Source of the DNA: an uncultured Thermanaerothrix sp.
GTDB lineage: Bacteria; Chloroflexota; Anaerolineae; Anaerolineales; Anaerolineaceae
DNA length: 64,000 nucleotides
Direction of reading: 5' to 3'
Assembly: GCF_938028735.1 (NCBI RefSeq)
Contig: NZ_CALIMF010000001.1
Location: forward strand, 79,003 to 143,002
Shown here: positions 1 to 10,363 of the stretch, piece after piece
Numbering within the stretch: the stretch's first letter is position 1
Layout of the letters: each line of letters starts with the position of its first letter
The notes under the pieces: model-generated
Databases searched by the model: none
Told to the model about the DNA's origin: nothing
What the model saw: only the letters and a program-made list of their open reading frames with translations
Translations under genes and position numbers: made by a program

Positions 1-2
1 TC

Positions 3-452
3 GGTTACGTGCCTCCTCAGGAGAATTTTGGTCGGTTTCTGCGTCACATTATCCTGCCCGCGGTGACCCTTGGCTGGTCACTGGCAGGTACCACAACGCG
101 TTTGACGCGCTCCAGCCTCTTGGAAGAACTAGGCAAAGACTACGTGCGCACAGCCCGTGGGATGGGCTTGCCCGAGCATAAGGTGCTGTGGGAGCATGCC
201 CTGCGTAATGCGTTGATCCCAACGGTGACCATGATTGGCCTGCAACTGGCTTTTTTAATCGGAGGCGCGGTGATTGTAGAAACCGTCTTTGCCTGGCCCG
301 GAATTGGCTTGCTCATTGTGGATAGCATTTTTGCGCGCGATTACCCGGTGGTTCAAGGGGTCATTATGGCAGTGGCGGTAATGGTGGTCCTCGTGAATCT
401 CCTGGTAGATTTCATCTACACGCTCTTGGACCCGCGCATTCGTCTGGAGTAG
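3..452 (+). CDS. Peptide/nickel ABC transporter permease, DppB/OppB type (5' truncated by window edge)
   Basis: EAA-loop region DYVRTARGMGL...HALRNAL, VIVETVFAWPGIG, RDYP and a C-terminal LDPRIR; reading frame is open to the window start. Confidence 0.93.
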   Translation, partial: GYVPPQENFGRFLRHIILPAVTLGWSLAGTTTRLTRSSLLEELGKDYVRTARGMGLPEHKVLWEHALRNALIPTVTMIGLQLAFLIGGAVIVETVFAWPGIGLLIVDSIFARDYPVVQGVIMAVAVMVVLVNLLVDFIYTLLDPRIRLE

Positions 453-504
453 AGAGCTTGAGTGGCTCTTCTCAGAATCTGAACCAGAGGAGAAGGAGGA
501 AAAA

Positions 505-2142
505 ATGAAAACCAAATACCTGAAGTGGCTAACTTTACTAGTTGCACTGGTGCTGGTGGTGAGTGCTTGCCAACCAGCGGCAACCCCTGCACCCACCACA
601 CCTCCCGAAAAGCCGCCCGCCACTCTGCCTCCGACCGTACCCCCTCAAGAGGTGGCTACCACTGAAGCCCCGGCGGGACCAAAATACGGCGGCGTGATCA
701 CCTTTGCCATGAAAGAGGACGTTACCACCCTGGACCCGCTCAAGGCCATTCAATATGGGGATATCCGCCTGAACGGGCTGGTAGTGCAGCAACTGGTGGC
801 GCCGGATCGTAGCGGCAAGTTTGTGGGCGTGCTGGCAGAGAGCTGGGAGACTTCAGCGGATGGCAAGGAGTGGATCTTCCACCTGCGCCCAGGGGTCAAG
901 TTCCACAATGGGGCGGACCTAACCGCCGATGATGTCAAGTGGATCTTTGACCGCATCCTGGACGAAAAATCAGGTGCGGTGATGCGCAACACCTACCTCA
1001 ATATTGGGCTCAAGGTTGAGGTGGTGGACCCACGGACGGTTAAGATGACCATTGAGAAAGGAGCTGGGCCATTCCTGTCTTACCTAGCGCTGCTCAATCG
1101 CTCCGGGATCATTCACCGCGATAGTTACGACGCAGAAGGCAACGTGACCAAACTGATCGGCACTGGCCCCTTCATGCTGGATTCTTTCAAACCGGGTGAG
1201 TCCTACACGCTCAAGCGTTTCGATCAGTACTGGAAAGAGGGCGAACCCTACCTGGATGGGGTGGTGCTCAAGGTCATTACCGATCCGGTGGTGCGGTTGA
1301 ACGCGTTGCGCACGGGCGAGGTGGATATGACCGAGGAACTGCCCCTTGCCGATGTGAAGCGCCTGCTAGACAATCCGGATCCCAACTTCACGGTGGTGGT
1401 GTACTATTTCAACTCCGGTGCCCGCCTGGTCATGAATCACACGCGCCCGCCCTTTAACGATCTCAATGCCCGCATGGCAGTGCAGTATGCCTTCGACCGC
1501 GAAGCCTACAATGAGGCGGTTTACTTTGGGCTCGGTCAGGTACACAATCAACCCTTTGTGCCAGAGGATGTGTGGTATCTAGATGTGCCGATGATCCAGC
1601 CTGACCTGCAAAAGGCCAAGGAGTACTTCCAGAAGGCTGGCCTCAAAGAAGGCACAGAGATCACCATGCTGCTGATGCCCAACCAGAAAGACGCGGCTGA
1701 GATCATTGACGCTATGCTCTCGCAGGTGGGCTTCAAGGTCAAGTTTGATATTGTGGATGCGGCGGCCTGGAATGCTCGCGGTAAAGCCCTGGATTACGAC
1801 CTGCTGATGGGCACCATGACCGGCATCTTCGATCCTGACCGCCCCTATGGCTACTTGACCCCCAAGAGCAGTGGGAACTGGCTAGTAGGCGGTTACAGCA
1901 ACCCCAAGATGGACGAATTGTTGGAGCAGGGAATTTCCGAAGTGGATGTCGCCAAACGCAAAGAAATCTACAAGCAAGTTTTGCAACTGGTGCAGGATGA
2001 CGCGGCAACCATGTATGTGCTCGGTTTGCCTTGGGTAGAAGGCTGGCGCAACTACGTCAAGGGATACCGTCCGGGCAATGCCCCCATGTTGATGATGATG
2101 GACGCTTCCGAGGGCTTGAATACCACCTGGTTAGATAAATAA
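505..2142 (+). CDS. ABC transporter substrate-binding lipoprotein, family 5 (DppA-like)
   Basis: Lipobox VSAC, Pro/Thr linker, family-5 signature LAESWETSADGKEWIFHLRPGVKFHNG, GTGPF; SD aaggagg upstream. Confidence 0.93.
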   Translation: MKTKYLKWLTLLVALVLVVSACQPAATPAPTTPPEKPPATLPPTVPPQEVATTEAPAGPKYGGVITFAMKEDVTTLDPLKAIQYGDIRLNGLVVQQLVAPDRSGKFVGVLAESWETSADGKEWIFHLRPGVKFHNGADLTADDVKWIFDRILDEKSGAVMRNTYLNIGLKVEVVDPRTVKMTIEKGAGPFLSYLALLNRSGIIHRDSYDAEGNVTKLIGTGPFMLDSFKPGESYTLKRFDQYWKEGEPYLDGVVLKVITDPVVRLNALRTGEVDMTEELPLADVKRLLDNPDPNFTVVVYYFNSGARLVMNHTRPPFNDLNARMAVQYAFDREAYNEAVYFGLGQVHNQPFVPEDVWYLDVPMIQPDLQKAKEYFQKAGLKEGTEITMLLMPNQKDAAEIIDAMLSQVGFKVKFDIVDAAAWNARGKALDYDLLMGTMTGIFDPDRPYGYLTPKSSGNWLVGGYSNPKMDELLEQGISEVDVAKRKEIYKQVLQLVQDDAATMYVLGLPWVEGWRNYVKGYRPGNAPMLMMMDASEGLNTTWLDK

Positions 2143-2155
2143 CAGGGTTCAGAGA

Positions 2156-2191
2156 TGGGGGCGCTTCGCCGCAGCGAGACCGGCGCCCCCA
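2156..2191 (+). terminator. GC-rich hairpin after the binding-protein gene (mRNA stabiliser or partial terminator)
   Basis: TGGGGGCGC...GCGCCCCCA inverted repeat directly after the stop at 2142. Confidence 0.5.
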
Positions 2192-2208
2192 CTCCCTTTT
2201 ACCGACCT

Positions 2209-3108
2209 ATGGCAACGACACAAGCCCGAGTGATTGCTTCTATGGAACCTGCGCTACGGCAGCGTCGCCTGAGCGAACGGGTTTTCTTTCGACTGTTGCG
2301 TCACCGCCTAGCGCTGGTGGGAATGATCCTGACCGCATTGATAGTGTTCACTGCCATCTTCGCAGATGTGATCGCCCCTTATGATCCCCTCGAGATTCGA
2401 CTGAAGGATCGCTTGCAACCCCCCAGTTCACTACACCTGATGGGTACAGATCACCTGGGGCGCGATGTTTTCTCGCGCGTGGTATATGGCTCGCGCATAT
2501 CGCTGCAAGTGGGGGTCGTCTCCGTGGCGTTGGGCACGATTGTGGGTTTGTTTGTGGGAATGGCAGCCGGGTATCTGGGTAAGTCGGTGGACACCGTGCT
2601 GATGAGCATCATGGATGCCATCTATGCCTTTCCGGCCATTCTGCTGGCGCTAGCGCTAGTAGCAGCTTTTGGTCAGGGGCTGGTGACGGTGATGACGGCC
2701 ATTGCCATCGTGCGCATTCCCATTTTTGCACGCACGGTGCGTTCCTCGATTCTGGCCGAAAAGGAGAAGGAGTACGTCGAGGCAGCGCGCTGTATCGGTC
2801 AGCGGGAGTGGCTTATTCTCTTTCGGCACATTTTACCCAATATTATGGCTCCCATCATTGTGGTCACTACCACGTACTTCGCTGCGGCGATTGTGGTGGA
2901 AGCCTCCTTGAGTTTCTTGGGGTTGGGGGTGCCACCGCCGCAGGCCAGTTGGGGGGTCATGTTGTACGACGGGCGAAAGTACATGGAGCAAGCCCCGTAT
3001 GTAGTGATCTACCCCGGCCTGGCGATCTCGCTGGCCGTTCTGGGCTTTAACCTCCTGGGGGATGGCCTGCGGGATGTCTTGGACCCGCGGCTGCGGAATG
3101 TCACATGA
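2209..3108 (+). CDS. Peptide ABC transporter permease, DppC/OppC type
   Basis: HLMGTDHLGRDVFSR, EYVEAAR, RHILPN, SFLGLGVPPP, GDGLRDVLDPR; start moved to ATG 2209 because the longer ORF begins inside the hairpin. Confidence 0.92.
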   Translation: MATTQARVIASMEPALRQRRLSERVFFRLLRHRLALVGMILTALIVFTAIFADVIAPYDPLEIRLKDRLQPPSSLHLMGTDHLGRDVFSRVVYGSRISLQVGVVSVALGTIVGLFVGMAAGYLGKSVDTVLMSIMDAIYAFPAILLALALVAAFGQGLVTVMTAIAIVRIPIFARTVRSSILAEKEKEYVEAARCIGQREWLILFRHILPNIMAPIIVVTTTYFAAAIVVEASLSFLGLGVPPPQASWGVMLYDGRKYMEQAPYVVIYPGLAISLAVLGFNLLGDGLRDVLDPRLRNVT

Positions 3109-4277
3109 GCCCCGTGCTACCCCTTGAGGTGGCCACCGGCGAGGCCCTGCGGTTGCTAGTGGATTTGGTGCGCATTCCGGCTCCCTCAGGTGGAGAGCGA
3201 GCAGCGGCGGATTTTGTCCAAGCCCAGATGCAGCGCCTGGGCTTTGAGGCGGTACGCCGAGATCTTTACGGCAATGTGATAGGGGATTGGCGGGGAGAAA
3301 GTTCCGGCCCTACCCTGTTGCTTGAGGCTCATATGGATGTAGTGCCGCCGGGTGATGAGCAGGATTGGCGCTGCCCTCCCTATGCTGGCGAGGTGAGCGC
3401 TGGGCGGGTGTGGGGACGTGGTGCTGCCGATACGCATGCCTCGCTGGCGGCGATGCTGGCAGCGGTGGCCTCTCTCCCCCGCTCAGAGTTGCGTGGGCGG
3501 GTAGTGCTGGCGGCTACCGTGATGGAAGAGTCCTTAACGGCGGGTGCGGTGGAGGGGCTCGTGGTCACCGAGCGGCCGGAGGTATTTATTACAGGAGAGC
3601 CTACCGCGTTGCGTTTGGGGGTGGCTCAAAAGGGACGGGCCACATTGGAGATCAGGACCACTGGGCGCGCAGCGCACACCTCGCATCCTGAGCAGGGGAT
3701 CAATGCGATTACTCGCATGATGCAAGTTTTGGCGCGCATTGCGGGCCTGCCACGCCGATGGGACGAGGATCTGGGGAGCGAGGTGTTTGAAGTGACCGAT
3801 ATCATCTCGCACCCCTACCCCAATATCAACGTAGTCCCACCGGAATGCCAGGTGCATCTGGTGGCCCGCCTGTTGCCGGATGAGACCCCTCTCTCTTTGC
3901 AAACCCGCCTGACCCGGGCCATGGTAGGGCTGGAAGGGGTGAAAATCGCCCTGGCGCGACTGCGCCAAACCTGCTACACCGGCTACGTGTTGGAGCGCGA
4001 GGATTTTCTGGTGGGTTGGAAGTTGCCTGCTGAGCATGCCTGGCGGGTTCGTCTCTTGGAGGCCTTGCGATCCCAAGGCTTGCCGGCAGAGACGCTAGCG
4101 GCGGGCTTTGGCAGTAACGCCTCTGCAGCAGCGGCAGCCGGAGTCCCCTGCTTTATTTATGGGCCGGGGGACTTAGCACAAGCTCATACGGTGGATGAAT
4201 GGGTGGCTATTGAGTCAGTGGAACAGGCTGTGGTAGGATATCGGACATTGATACAGGCTTGCCTAGGGTTGCCTTGA
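3105..4277 (+). CDS. M20/ArgE/DapE-family metallopeptidase (YgeY-like)
   Basis: AHMDVV, GRGAAD, EE, GEPT and AHTVDE metal-ligand motifs; ATGA overlap with the permease gene. Confidence 0.88.
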   Translation: MSPVLPLEVATGEALRLLVDLVRIPAPSGGERAAADFVQAQMQRLGFEAVRRDLYGNVIGDWRGESSGPTLLLEAHMDVVPPGDEQDWRCPPYAGEVSAGRVWGRGAADTHASLAAMLAAVASLPRSELRGRVVLAATVMEESLTAGAVEGLVVTERPEVFITGEPTALRLGVAQKGRATLEIRTTGRAAHTSHPEQGINAITRMMQVLARIAGLPRRWDEDLGSEVFEVTDIISHPYPNINVVPPECQVHLVARLLPDETPLSLQTRLTRAMVGLEGVKIALARLRQTCYTGYVLEREDFLVGWKLPAEHAWRVRLLEALRSQGLPAETLAAGFGSNASAAAAAGVPCFIYGPGDLAQAHTVDEWVAIESVEQAVVGYRTLIQACLGLP

Positions 4278-4370
4278 AAGGCTTGGTAAAAATTATCCCG
4301 CCTGCGTGAGCGAGGTGAGCTGATCCCCCAGGGGGCACATCAGTAGGGTGTGATAAAATCATAAGCAATT

Positions 4371-5039
4371 ATGGATGCTCCCCTCATTTTATTAGCGTCA
4401 AATTCTCCCCGACGTCGGGTATTGCTTTCGTGGACGGGCTGGGCGTTTGAAGTCCGTCCAGTCAACTTGGATGAGACTCAGGCGCTCGATGAGTCCCCGC
4501 GCGAGTATGTGGTGCGGCTGGCTCAGGAAAAAGCCTTGGCTGCTACCGAATTTGAAACGGAGGCAACGGTCATCCTGGCAGCTGATACAGTGGTGGCGCT
4601 GGAGGATGAGGTGCTGGGAAAACCCGAGTCGCCGGAACAGGCCGCAGACTTTCTGCGCCGCCTGCGCGCTCGGGTGCACGAGGTGTATACGGCCATTGCC
4701 CTTATTGATCGCCGGAGTGGCGACTTAATCACCGATGTGTGCCGTTCCCTGGTGCCCATGCGGGCCTATAGCGAGGCAGAAATTGAGGCTTACATTGCCA
4801 GCGGCGATCCCATGGACAAGGCAGGTGCCTATGCTATTCAGAGCCCTGATTTCCATCCGGTGGCAGATTTTGAGGGCTGTTATGCCAGTGTGATGGGACT
4901 CCCACTGTGCCATTTGGTGCGTACAATGGCGGTCTTGGGATTTGAGCCACCAGTAGATGTACCGGCAGTATGCCAAAAGAACTTGAATTATACCTGCCCG
5001 GTCTATCGGGCAATCCTGGAAGGCGAAGATGAGGGCTAA
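4371..5039 (+). CDS. maf: Maf-family nucleoside triphosphate pyrophosphatase
   Basis: [32 protein letters not shown] motifs. Confidence 0.93.
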   Translation: MDAPLILLASNSPRRRVLLSWTGWAFEVRPVNLDETQALDESPREYVVRLAQEKALAATEFETEATVILAADTVVALEDEVLGKPESPEQAADFLRRLRARVHEVYTAIALIDRRSGDLITDVCRSLVPMRAYSEAEIEAYIASGDPMDKAGAYAIQSPDFHPVADFEGCYASVMGLPLCHLVRTMAVLGFEPPVDVPAVCQKNLNYTCPVYRAILEGEDEG

Positions 5040-7320
5040 TCCATTGCTGCGAACCATGCAAAAGTTGGTTACTCGGGTAGGCTGGCATACAGGAGGGTTG
5101 GTGTTGGTTGTGACGGCGCTGCTGGTGGGGGCGTGCTACCCCAGCGTGGCAACGCCGACGAGCCCTCTGGCGCAGCCTAGCCTGGGCGAACCGATGGTTA
5201 ATGTGACGTCTGTGCCGGATGTACGGGCGGCGGCAAATGCTTTTTTGGCAGCGTGGAAGGCGGAGGATTACCCCAGCATGTATGCGATGCTGACGCGTCT
5301 AAGCCAGGATGCCCTGAGCGAAGAGGCGTTTACTCGGCGCTATCGCGAGGTGGCCGCAACCATGAGCCTAAGCGGGTTGGAGTATGCCATCCTGTCAACC
5401 CTGACCAACCCCACTAATGCTCAGGTGGCCTATCAGGTCACGTTTCACACCGTTCTACTGGGGGATCTCAGTCGCGAGATGGTGATGAACTTGGCCCTTC
5501 AGGACGGAACCTGGAAGGTGCAGTGGGAGGATGGTATGATCCTGCCCGAATTACGGGGCGGCAACCGTTTGATGATGGATATTACCATTCCGGCGCGAGG
5601 AAACATTTACGATAGTCGAGGGAATGCACTGGCTGCCCAGACGGATGCCGTGGCCTTGGGGATCATCCCTGGTCAGATTGATCCCGATCAAGAAGGCACT
5701 CTGCTGACCGAATTAGCCAACCTGACCGGTCTGAATCCGGATTATATACGCTCGCTTTATCAGTATGCAGCGCCTGATTGGTATATTCCAGTGGGGGATG
5801 TTTCGGCCCAAGCGGTGCAACGGCGTTACAGCGTACTCTCCAACCTCAGTGGCCTAGTAATGCGCACCTATAATACGCGGTACTATTTCGATAGTGCCGC
5901 CCCGCATGTGACGGGGTATGTTCAGCCCATTCCGGCGGAGGCTCTGGAGGAGTATAAGCGGAAGGGCTACCGTGGGGATGAACGGGTGGGTATGGCTGGC
6001 TTGGAGCGATGGGGAGAGGCCTATCTGGCGGGCCAGCGCGGTGCAGCGTTATACGTGGTGGATGCACAAGGCAACATCCTTACCCGACTGGGCCAGCGGG
6101 ATGCTCAGCCCGCCTATTCGATCTACACTACGCTGGATAAGGATTTCCAGGTGCAGGTGCAGAAAGCCATTGAGGGCTTTCGTGGCGCCATCGTGGTGCT
6201 TGAGCGGGATACCGGGCGCATTTTGGCCTTGGCCTCCGCGCCGAGTTTTGATCCCAATTTGTTTGATCCGAACAACTACAACAGCGGCTGGTTATTAAAT
6301 CAAGTCTTTGATGCCACCACCACTCCTTTGCTCAATCGGGCCACCCAGAGCGCCTACCCATTAGGGTCGGTGTTCAAGATCGTCACCATGGCGGCGGCTC
6401 TAGAGAGCGGTTTGTTTACCGCTGATTCCACTTATGAATGCGGTCACACTTTTACTGAGATCCCGGGGTTAACCCTTTACGATTGGACTTATGAAAAGGG
6501 GAAACCCCCTAGCGGTACCTTGACTCTGCCGGAAGGCCTGATGCGTTCCTGCAATCCTTGGTTCTATCACATTGGCCTGGATCTTTATCGCCAGAATCGC
6601 CCGCAGGACGTTAGCAAAATGGCACGGGCGTTCGGGCTGGGCAGCCCTACAGGCATTGAGCAGTTGCCCGAGGTGGCGGGGAACATTCCCGATCCAACCA
6701 GCGAGAACGATGCGGTCCAATTGGCCATTGGGCAAGGCGCTATGCTGGTAACCCCCTTGCAAGTGGCAGATTTCATCGCGGCGGTTGGGAATGGTGGCAC
6801 GCTTTACCGTCCGCAAGTGGTGGAAAAAATTACCAATCCAGATGGGGAATCGGTGTATGCTTTCAAGCCCGAGGTGCGCGGGCAGTTGCCCGTTTCTCCT
6901 GAGAATCTCAAGATCATCCAGGAGGCCATGCGCAGTGTGGTTAGTAACCCGCGTGGCACAGCTCATTACGCTTTGATCGGATTGCAAATCCCAATCTACG
7001 GCAAAACGGGCACCGCGACGAACCCGGCGGGCAAGCCGCATGCTTGGTTTGCCGGTTACACGGATGCTAGACGCAGCGATAAACCGGATATTGCGGTGGT
7101 GGTCCTGGTCGAGAATGGGGGCGAAGGCTCCGAGGTAGCGGCACCCATCTTCCGCCGTGTGATTGAGGATTATTTCTACGGGAAGCCCCTGCGCCTCTAC
7201 CCGTGGGAAGCCTCGCTCTACGTAACACGCACCCCCACACCGCTCTACACAGAGACGCCAACCCCCACACCTGTACCAACCGAAACCCCGCTTCCCCCGG
7301 AGGAAACTCCCACGCCATGA
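5029..7320 (+). CDS. Class B penicillin-binding transpeptidase with NTF2-like (MecA_N-type) N-terminal domain; probable lipoprotein
   Basis: SxxK (SVFK), SxN (SCN), KTG, RGNIYD dimerisation-domain motif, lipobox-like VGAC, C-terminal PT repeats; start may be 5056. Confidence 0.9.
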   Translation: MRANPLLRTMQKLVTRVGWHTGGLVLVVTALLVGACYPSVATPTSPLAQPSLGEPMVNVTSVPDVRAAANAFLAAWKAEDYPSMYAMLTRLSQDALSEEAFTRRYREVAATMSLSGLEYAILSTLTNPTNAQVAYQVTFHTVLLGDLSREMVMNLALQDGTWKVQWEDGMILPELRGGNRLMMDITIPARGNIYDSRGNALAAQTDAVALGIIPGQIDPDQEGTLLTELANLTGLNPDYIRSLYQYAAPDWYIPVGDVSAQAVQRRYSVLSNLSGLVMRTYNTRYYFDSAAPHVTGYVQPIPAEALEEYKRKGYRGDERVGMAGLERWGEAYLAGQRGAALYVVDAQGNILTRLGQRDAQPAYSIYTTLDKDFQVQVQKAIEGFRGAIVVLERDTGRILALASAPSFDPNLFDPNNYNSGWLLNQVFDATTTPLLNRATQSAYPLGSVFKIVTMAAALESGLFTADSTYECGHTFTEIPGLTLYDWTYEKGKPPSGTLTLPEGLMRSCNPWFYHIGLDLYRQNRPQDVSKMARAFGLGSPTGIEQLPEVAGNIPDPTSENDAVQLAIGQGAMLVTPLQVADFIAAVGNGGTLYRPQVVEKITNPDGESVYAFKPEVRGQLPVSPENLKIIQEAMRSVVSNPRGTAHYALIGLQIPIYGKTGTATNPAGKPHAWFAGYTDARRSDKPDIAVVVLVENGGEGSEVAAPIFRRVIEDYFYGKPLRLYPWEASLYVTRTPTPLYTETPTPTPVPTETPLPPEETPTP

Positions 7321-8261
7321 GCACGTCATCTGCTTCAGTTACGGCCGATCCTACTTGGGGCCAGGTAGTGCGTGCCCAGTCGGGCTTTTACACCGTGCGT
7401 ATGCGCGGTGGGCAGAGTGTGGTTTGCCGTTTGCGCGGGCGCTTGAAGAAGATGCACCGTCAGGGGGATGTGGTGGCCGTAGGGGATTGGGTGCGGGTGA
7501 CCTTGCTCTCGGATGGCAGTGGTGTGATTGAGGCCGTGGCACCCCGTCAGCGTGCCCTAGAGCGTCGTGCTCCCACGGCGCGGGGAACTTACCAGCAGGT
7601 CCTTCTAGCCAACCCTGATCAACTGGTTCTGGTTTTTGCTTGTGCCCAGCCTGAACCACGGTTGCGCATGCTGGATCGTTTCCTGGTTATTGCCGAGAAA
7701 CAGCAGATTCCGGTGCTCATTGTGGCAAATAAAGTGGATCTGGTGGGACTGGAGCGTGCGCAGGAGATCTTCTCAATCTACCCACCTTTGGGTTATCCAG
7801 TGCTTTATACCTCGGCCAAAGTGGGCTATGGGGTGGCAGAACTGAAGGCCCACCTCATTGGCAAACTCTCGGCACTGGCCGGGCCTTCTGGGGTGGGTAA
7901 AAGTAGCTTGCTCAACGCTATCCAACCGGACCTTGGGCTGGCGGTGGGTAGTGTCCGTGAGAAAGGGGGGAAAGGTCGCCACACCACGGTTGTGCGCCAG
8001 TTGTTCCCCTTGGAGGGGGGCGGCTACGTGGCGGATATGCCAGGGTTGCGTACGCTGGCTCTCTGGGATACCCAGCCCGAGGAACTAGATGGTTATTTCC
8101 CGGAGATCCGCGATTTGGTTTCCCAATGCCAGTTCAACGATTGCACGCACACTACAGAACCGGGCTGTGCGGTGCGTGAGGCGGTGGCGCAGGGCAAGAT
8201 TCATCCCCATCGCTACGAGTCCTATCTGCGCCTGCGACAGGGCGAGGAAGAAGATGAGTGA
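7317..8261 (+). CDS. rsgA: Ribosome small subunit-dependent GTPase A
   Basis: [37 protein letters not shown] zinc finger; ATG 7317 overlaps the PBP stop (ATGA). Confidence 0.96.
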   Translation: MSTSSASVTADPTWGQVVRAQSGFYTVRMRGGQSVVCRLRGRLKKMHRQGDVVAVGDWVRVTLLSDGSGVIEAVAPRQRALERRAPTARGTYQQVLLANPDQLVLVFACAQPEPRLRMLDRFLVIAEKQQIPVLIVANKVDLVGLERAQEIFSIYPPLGYPVLYTSAKVGYGVAELKAHLIGKLSALAGPSGVGKSSLLNAIQPDLGLAVGSVREKGGKGRHTTVVRQLFPLEGGGYVADMPGLRTLALWDTQPEELDGYFPEIRDLVSQCQFNDCTHTTEPGCAVREAVAQGKIHPHRYESYLRLRQGEEEDE

Positions 8262-8287
8262 GTAACTCCCTCCCGATAAGGAGGTTT

Positions 8288-9319
8288 ATGGCCTCAATCC
8301 TTTCTCTTCGATGGGAGCGCTTGACCTTGGTGTTGAGGCACCCGTTTCGCCTTTCCTACGGGGTGAGCGAAACGCGTCAGACGTATTGGCTGCGATTGGG
8401 GGAGGATCAAGGATGGGGGGAGGCCACGTTGCCTCCTTACTACGGAGTTGATTTAACCACCTTTGAGGCCTTTTGGGAGCAACGCGCCCGAGGTGATTTG
8501 AATCCGCCCCGGTCATTAGAGGATTTACCGGCCTGGGTGGGGGAGAGCGGCCCGGCTCCTGCTCGTTGTGCGCTGGAGATGGCAGCGCTGGATTATCTGG
8601 CGCGCCAGGCTGGTCAACCCTTATATCGCTGGCTAGGTCTCTCGGCGCCACCGGCTTTGCCAACCTCGGTGACAATCGCCATAGATACTCCTGACGCCAT
8701 GGCCGAAATGGCGCAACGCATGCGCTCTTATCCGATTTTGAAACTTAAACTAGGGGGCGCCGAAGCTCTCAAACGCCTGGAAGCCGTCCGAGCCGCACGG
8801 CCAGAGGCTGAAATCCGCGTGGATGCCAACGCTGGCTGGAGCCTGGAGGAGGCTAAAGCCTATTTGCCGCGGCTGGAGGCTCTGCGGGTGTCCATAATTG
8901 AACAGCCATTACCCCGAACAGCGCTGGCCGAGATGGGACAGTTGCAACAAATGACCGCCATCCCCATAGTTGCCGATGAGTCCCTACAAACTTATACGGA
9001 TGTGGAGCGACTGGCTGCGGCAGGGGTCGGTGGGATCAATGTCAAACTTATGAAGACGGGGGGGCTCCTCGCAGCATTGCGGATTATTCGTCGGGCGCGT
9101 GACTTGGGCATGCGGGTCTTGCTAGGGTGTATGATTGAAACCTCTCTGGGCACAACAGCGATGGCTCACTTGGCTGCCCTGGCCGATTGGCTAGACCTGG
9201 ATGCCCCGCTCTTGATCGCTAACGATCCCTTTGAGGGTTTGATCTATGACCTTGATGGGCGCATTCAGCTACCCGCGCGTCCGGGGATTGGCGTCATCAA
9301 ACGCATTCCAGTGGCTTAG
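8288..9319 (+). CDS. Dipeptide (L-Ala-D/L-Glu) epimerase, enolase superfamily (YkfB/YcjG-like)
   Basis: KLK, DAN, EQP, DES, K(INVKLMK), GCMIE and DLD motifs; SD aaggagg before ATG 8288. Confidence 0.9.
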   Translation: MASILSLRWERLTLVLRHPFRLSYGVSETRQTYWLRLGEDQGWGEATLPPYYGVDLTTFEAFWEQRARGDLNPPRSLEDLPAWVGESGPAPARCALEMAALDYLARQAGQPLYRWLGLSAPPALPTSVTIAIDTPDAMAEMAQRMRSYPILKLKLGGAEALKRLEAVRAARPEAEIRVDANAGWSLEEAKAYLPRLEALRVSIIEQPLPRTALAEMGQLQQMTAIPIVADESLQTYTDVERLAAAGVGGINVKLMKTGGLLAALRIIRRARDLGMRVLLGCMIETSLGTTAMAHLAALADWLDLDAPLLIANDPFEGLIYDLDGRIQLPARPGIGVIKRIPVA

Positions 9320-9331
9320 GAGGTTACAAAC

Positions 9332-10360
9332 ATGCCCGACTTCATGGCGCAAGCCCAGGTGGTTTTACAGCGTTTGGCCCGCGAGCGCGCTGATGAGCGC
9401 TTGCATGTGTTTGAGGTGAAAATTGAGGAGGCGGATGAATGGCACCTGCGCTTGAGTGGCCGCGTGCTGGAGGAAGCGGATCGCCAAGCCTTGCGGGCAG
9501 CCTTTCTGGCTGAAGATACGCGCTGGGTGGTGGATGATAACGCTTTACGCGTCTTGCGCCACCCGCATAATCCGGTGCTGACGGTGGCCACCAACTTGAC
9601 CAGCCTGCACCGTGAACCTTCCTTTCTGGCTGAAATGTTGACCCAATTACTCTGGGGGGCTGTGGTAGAGGTATTGGAACAGAAAGACCGCTGGGTGTTT
9701 GTGCGTTGCTCGGATGGCTACCTAGGATGGACCTATCGCCCTTACCTCGGTGAACAACCTTCTCAAGAGCCCACCCATCTTGTGGCTGCACCGATCAGCT
9801 TGATTCGGACTCAGCCCGATGTCAACGCCCCTCTGGTGAGTCGTTTGTTTGCCGGGACAGCCCTGTGCGTGAAAGAGACACGTCAAGGCTGGGTGTGGGT
9901 AGAGACGCATGTTTCTGGTTGGGTGGCCCGTGAGGACCTGCGCGCGCTGGATGCTTTGCCGCGCACCTCCGAGGCACAGCGCACCCAAATGCTCCAAGAT
10001 GCTTATCGCCTGATTGGTGTGCCCTACCTATGGGGAGGCACTACAGCGAACGGTATTGATTGCTCGGGTTTTGTGCAATTGGTGCATCGGCTGAGTGGGA
10101 TGACCCTGCCACGTGATGCCGATATGCAACAAGCCGCCAGCCGTACGTGTGACCCCGACCACCTTCAACCTGGGGATTTGCTCTTCTTTGGCGAAAAGGG
10201 AGAGTCCCGTGCGATCACGCATGTGGCGCTCAGTTTGGGAGGATGGCGCATTTTACATTCTTCCCGTTCGCGGAACGGTGTGTACGAGGACGATGTGCGG
10301 CAAGTAGCGCATTTGCGCGAGTCATTGGTGGCTACCGGTACCTTTCTAGAGGCAGGTTAA
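9332..10360 (+). CDS. C40/NlpC-P60 peptidase with SH3b domains (YkfC-like gamma-D-glutamyl-diamino acid endopeptidase)
   Basis: PYLWGG, DCSG, LPRDA..Q, GDLLFF, ITHVAL, ILHS; two SH3b-like repeats; no signal peptide; adjacent to the epimerase as in ykfBC. Confidence 0.88.
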   Translation: MPDFMAQAQVVLQRLARERADERLHVFEVKIEEADEWHLRLSGRVLEEADRQALRAAFLAEDTRWVVDDNALRVLRHPHNPVLTVATNLTSLHREPSFLAEMLTQLLWGAVVEVLEQKDRWVFVRCSDGYLGWTYRPYLGEQPSQEPTHLVAAPISLIRTQPDVNAPLVSRLFAGTALCVKETRQGWVWVETHVSGWVAREDLRALDALPRTSEAQRTQMLQDAYRLIGVPYLWGGTTANGIDCSGFVQLVHRLSGMTLPRDADMQQAASRTCDPDHLQPGDLLFFGEKGESRAITHVALSLGGWRILHSSRSRNGVYEDDVRQVAHLRESLVATGTFLEAG

Positions 10361-10363
10361 GCA

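Noticed and set aside
6469-7329. 286-aa antisense ORF
   Set aside because: Shadow of the PBP gene, with no recognisable motifs; expected in GC-rich DNA
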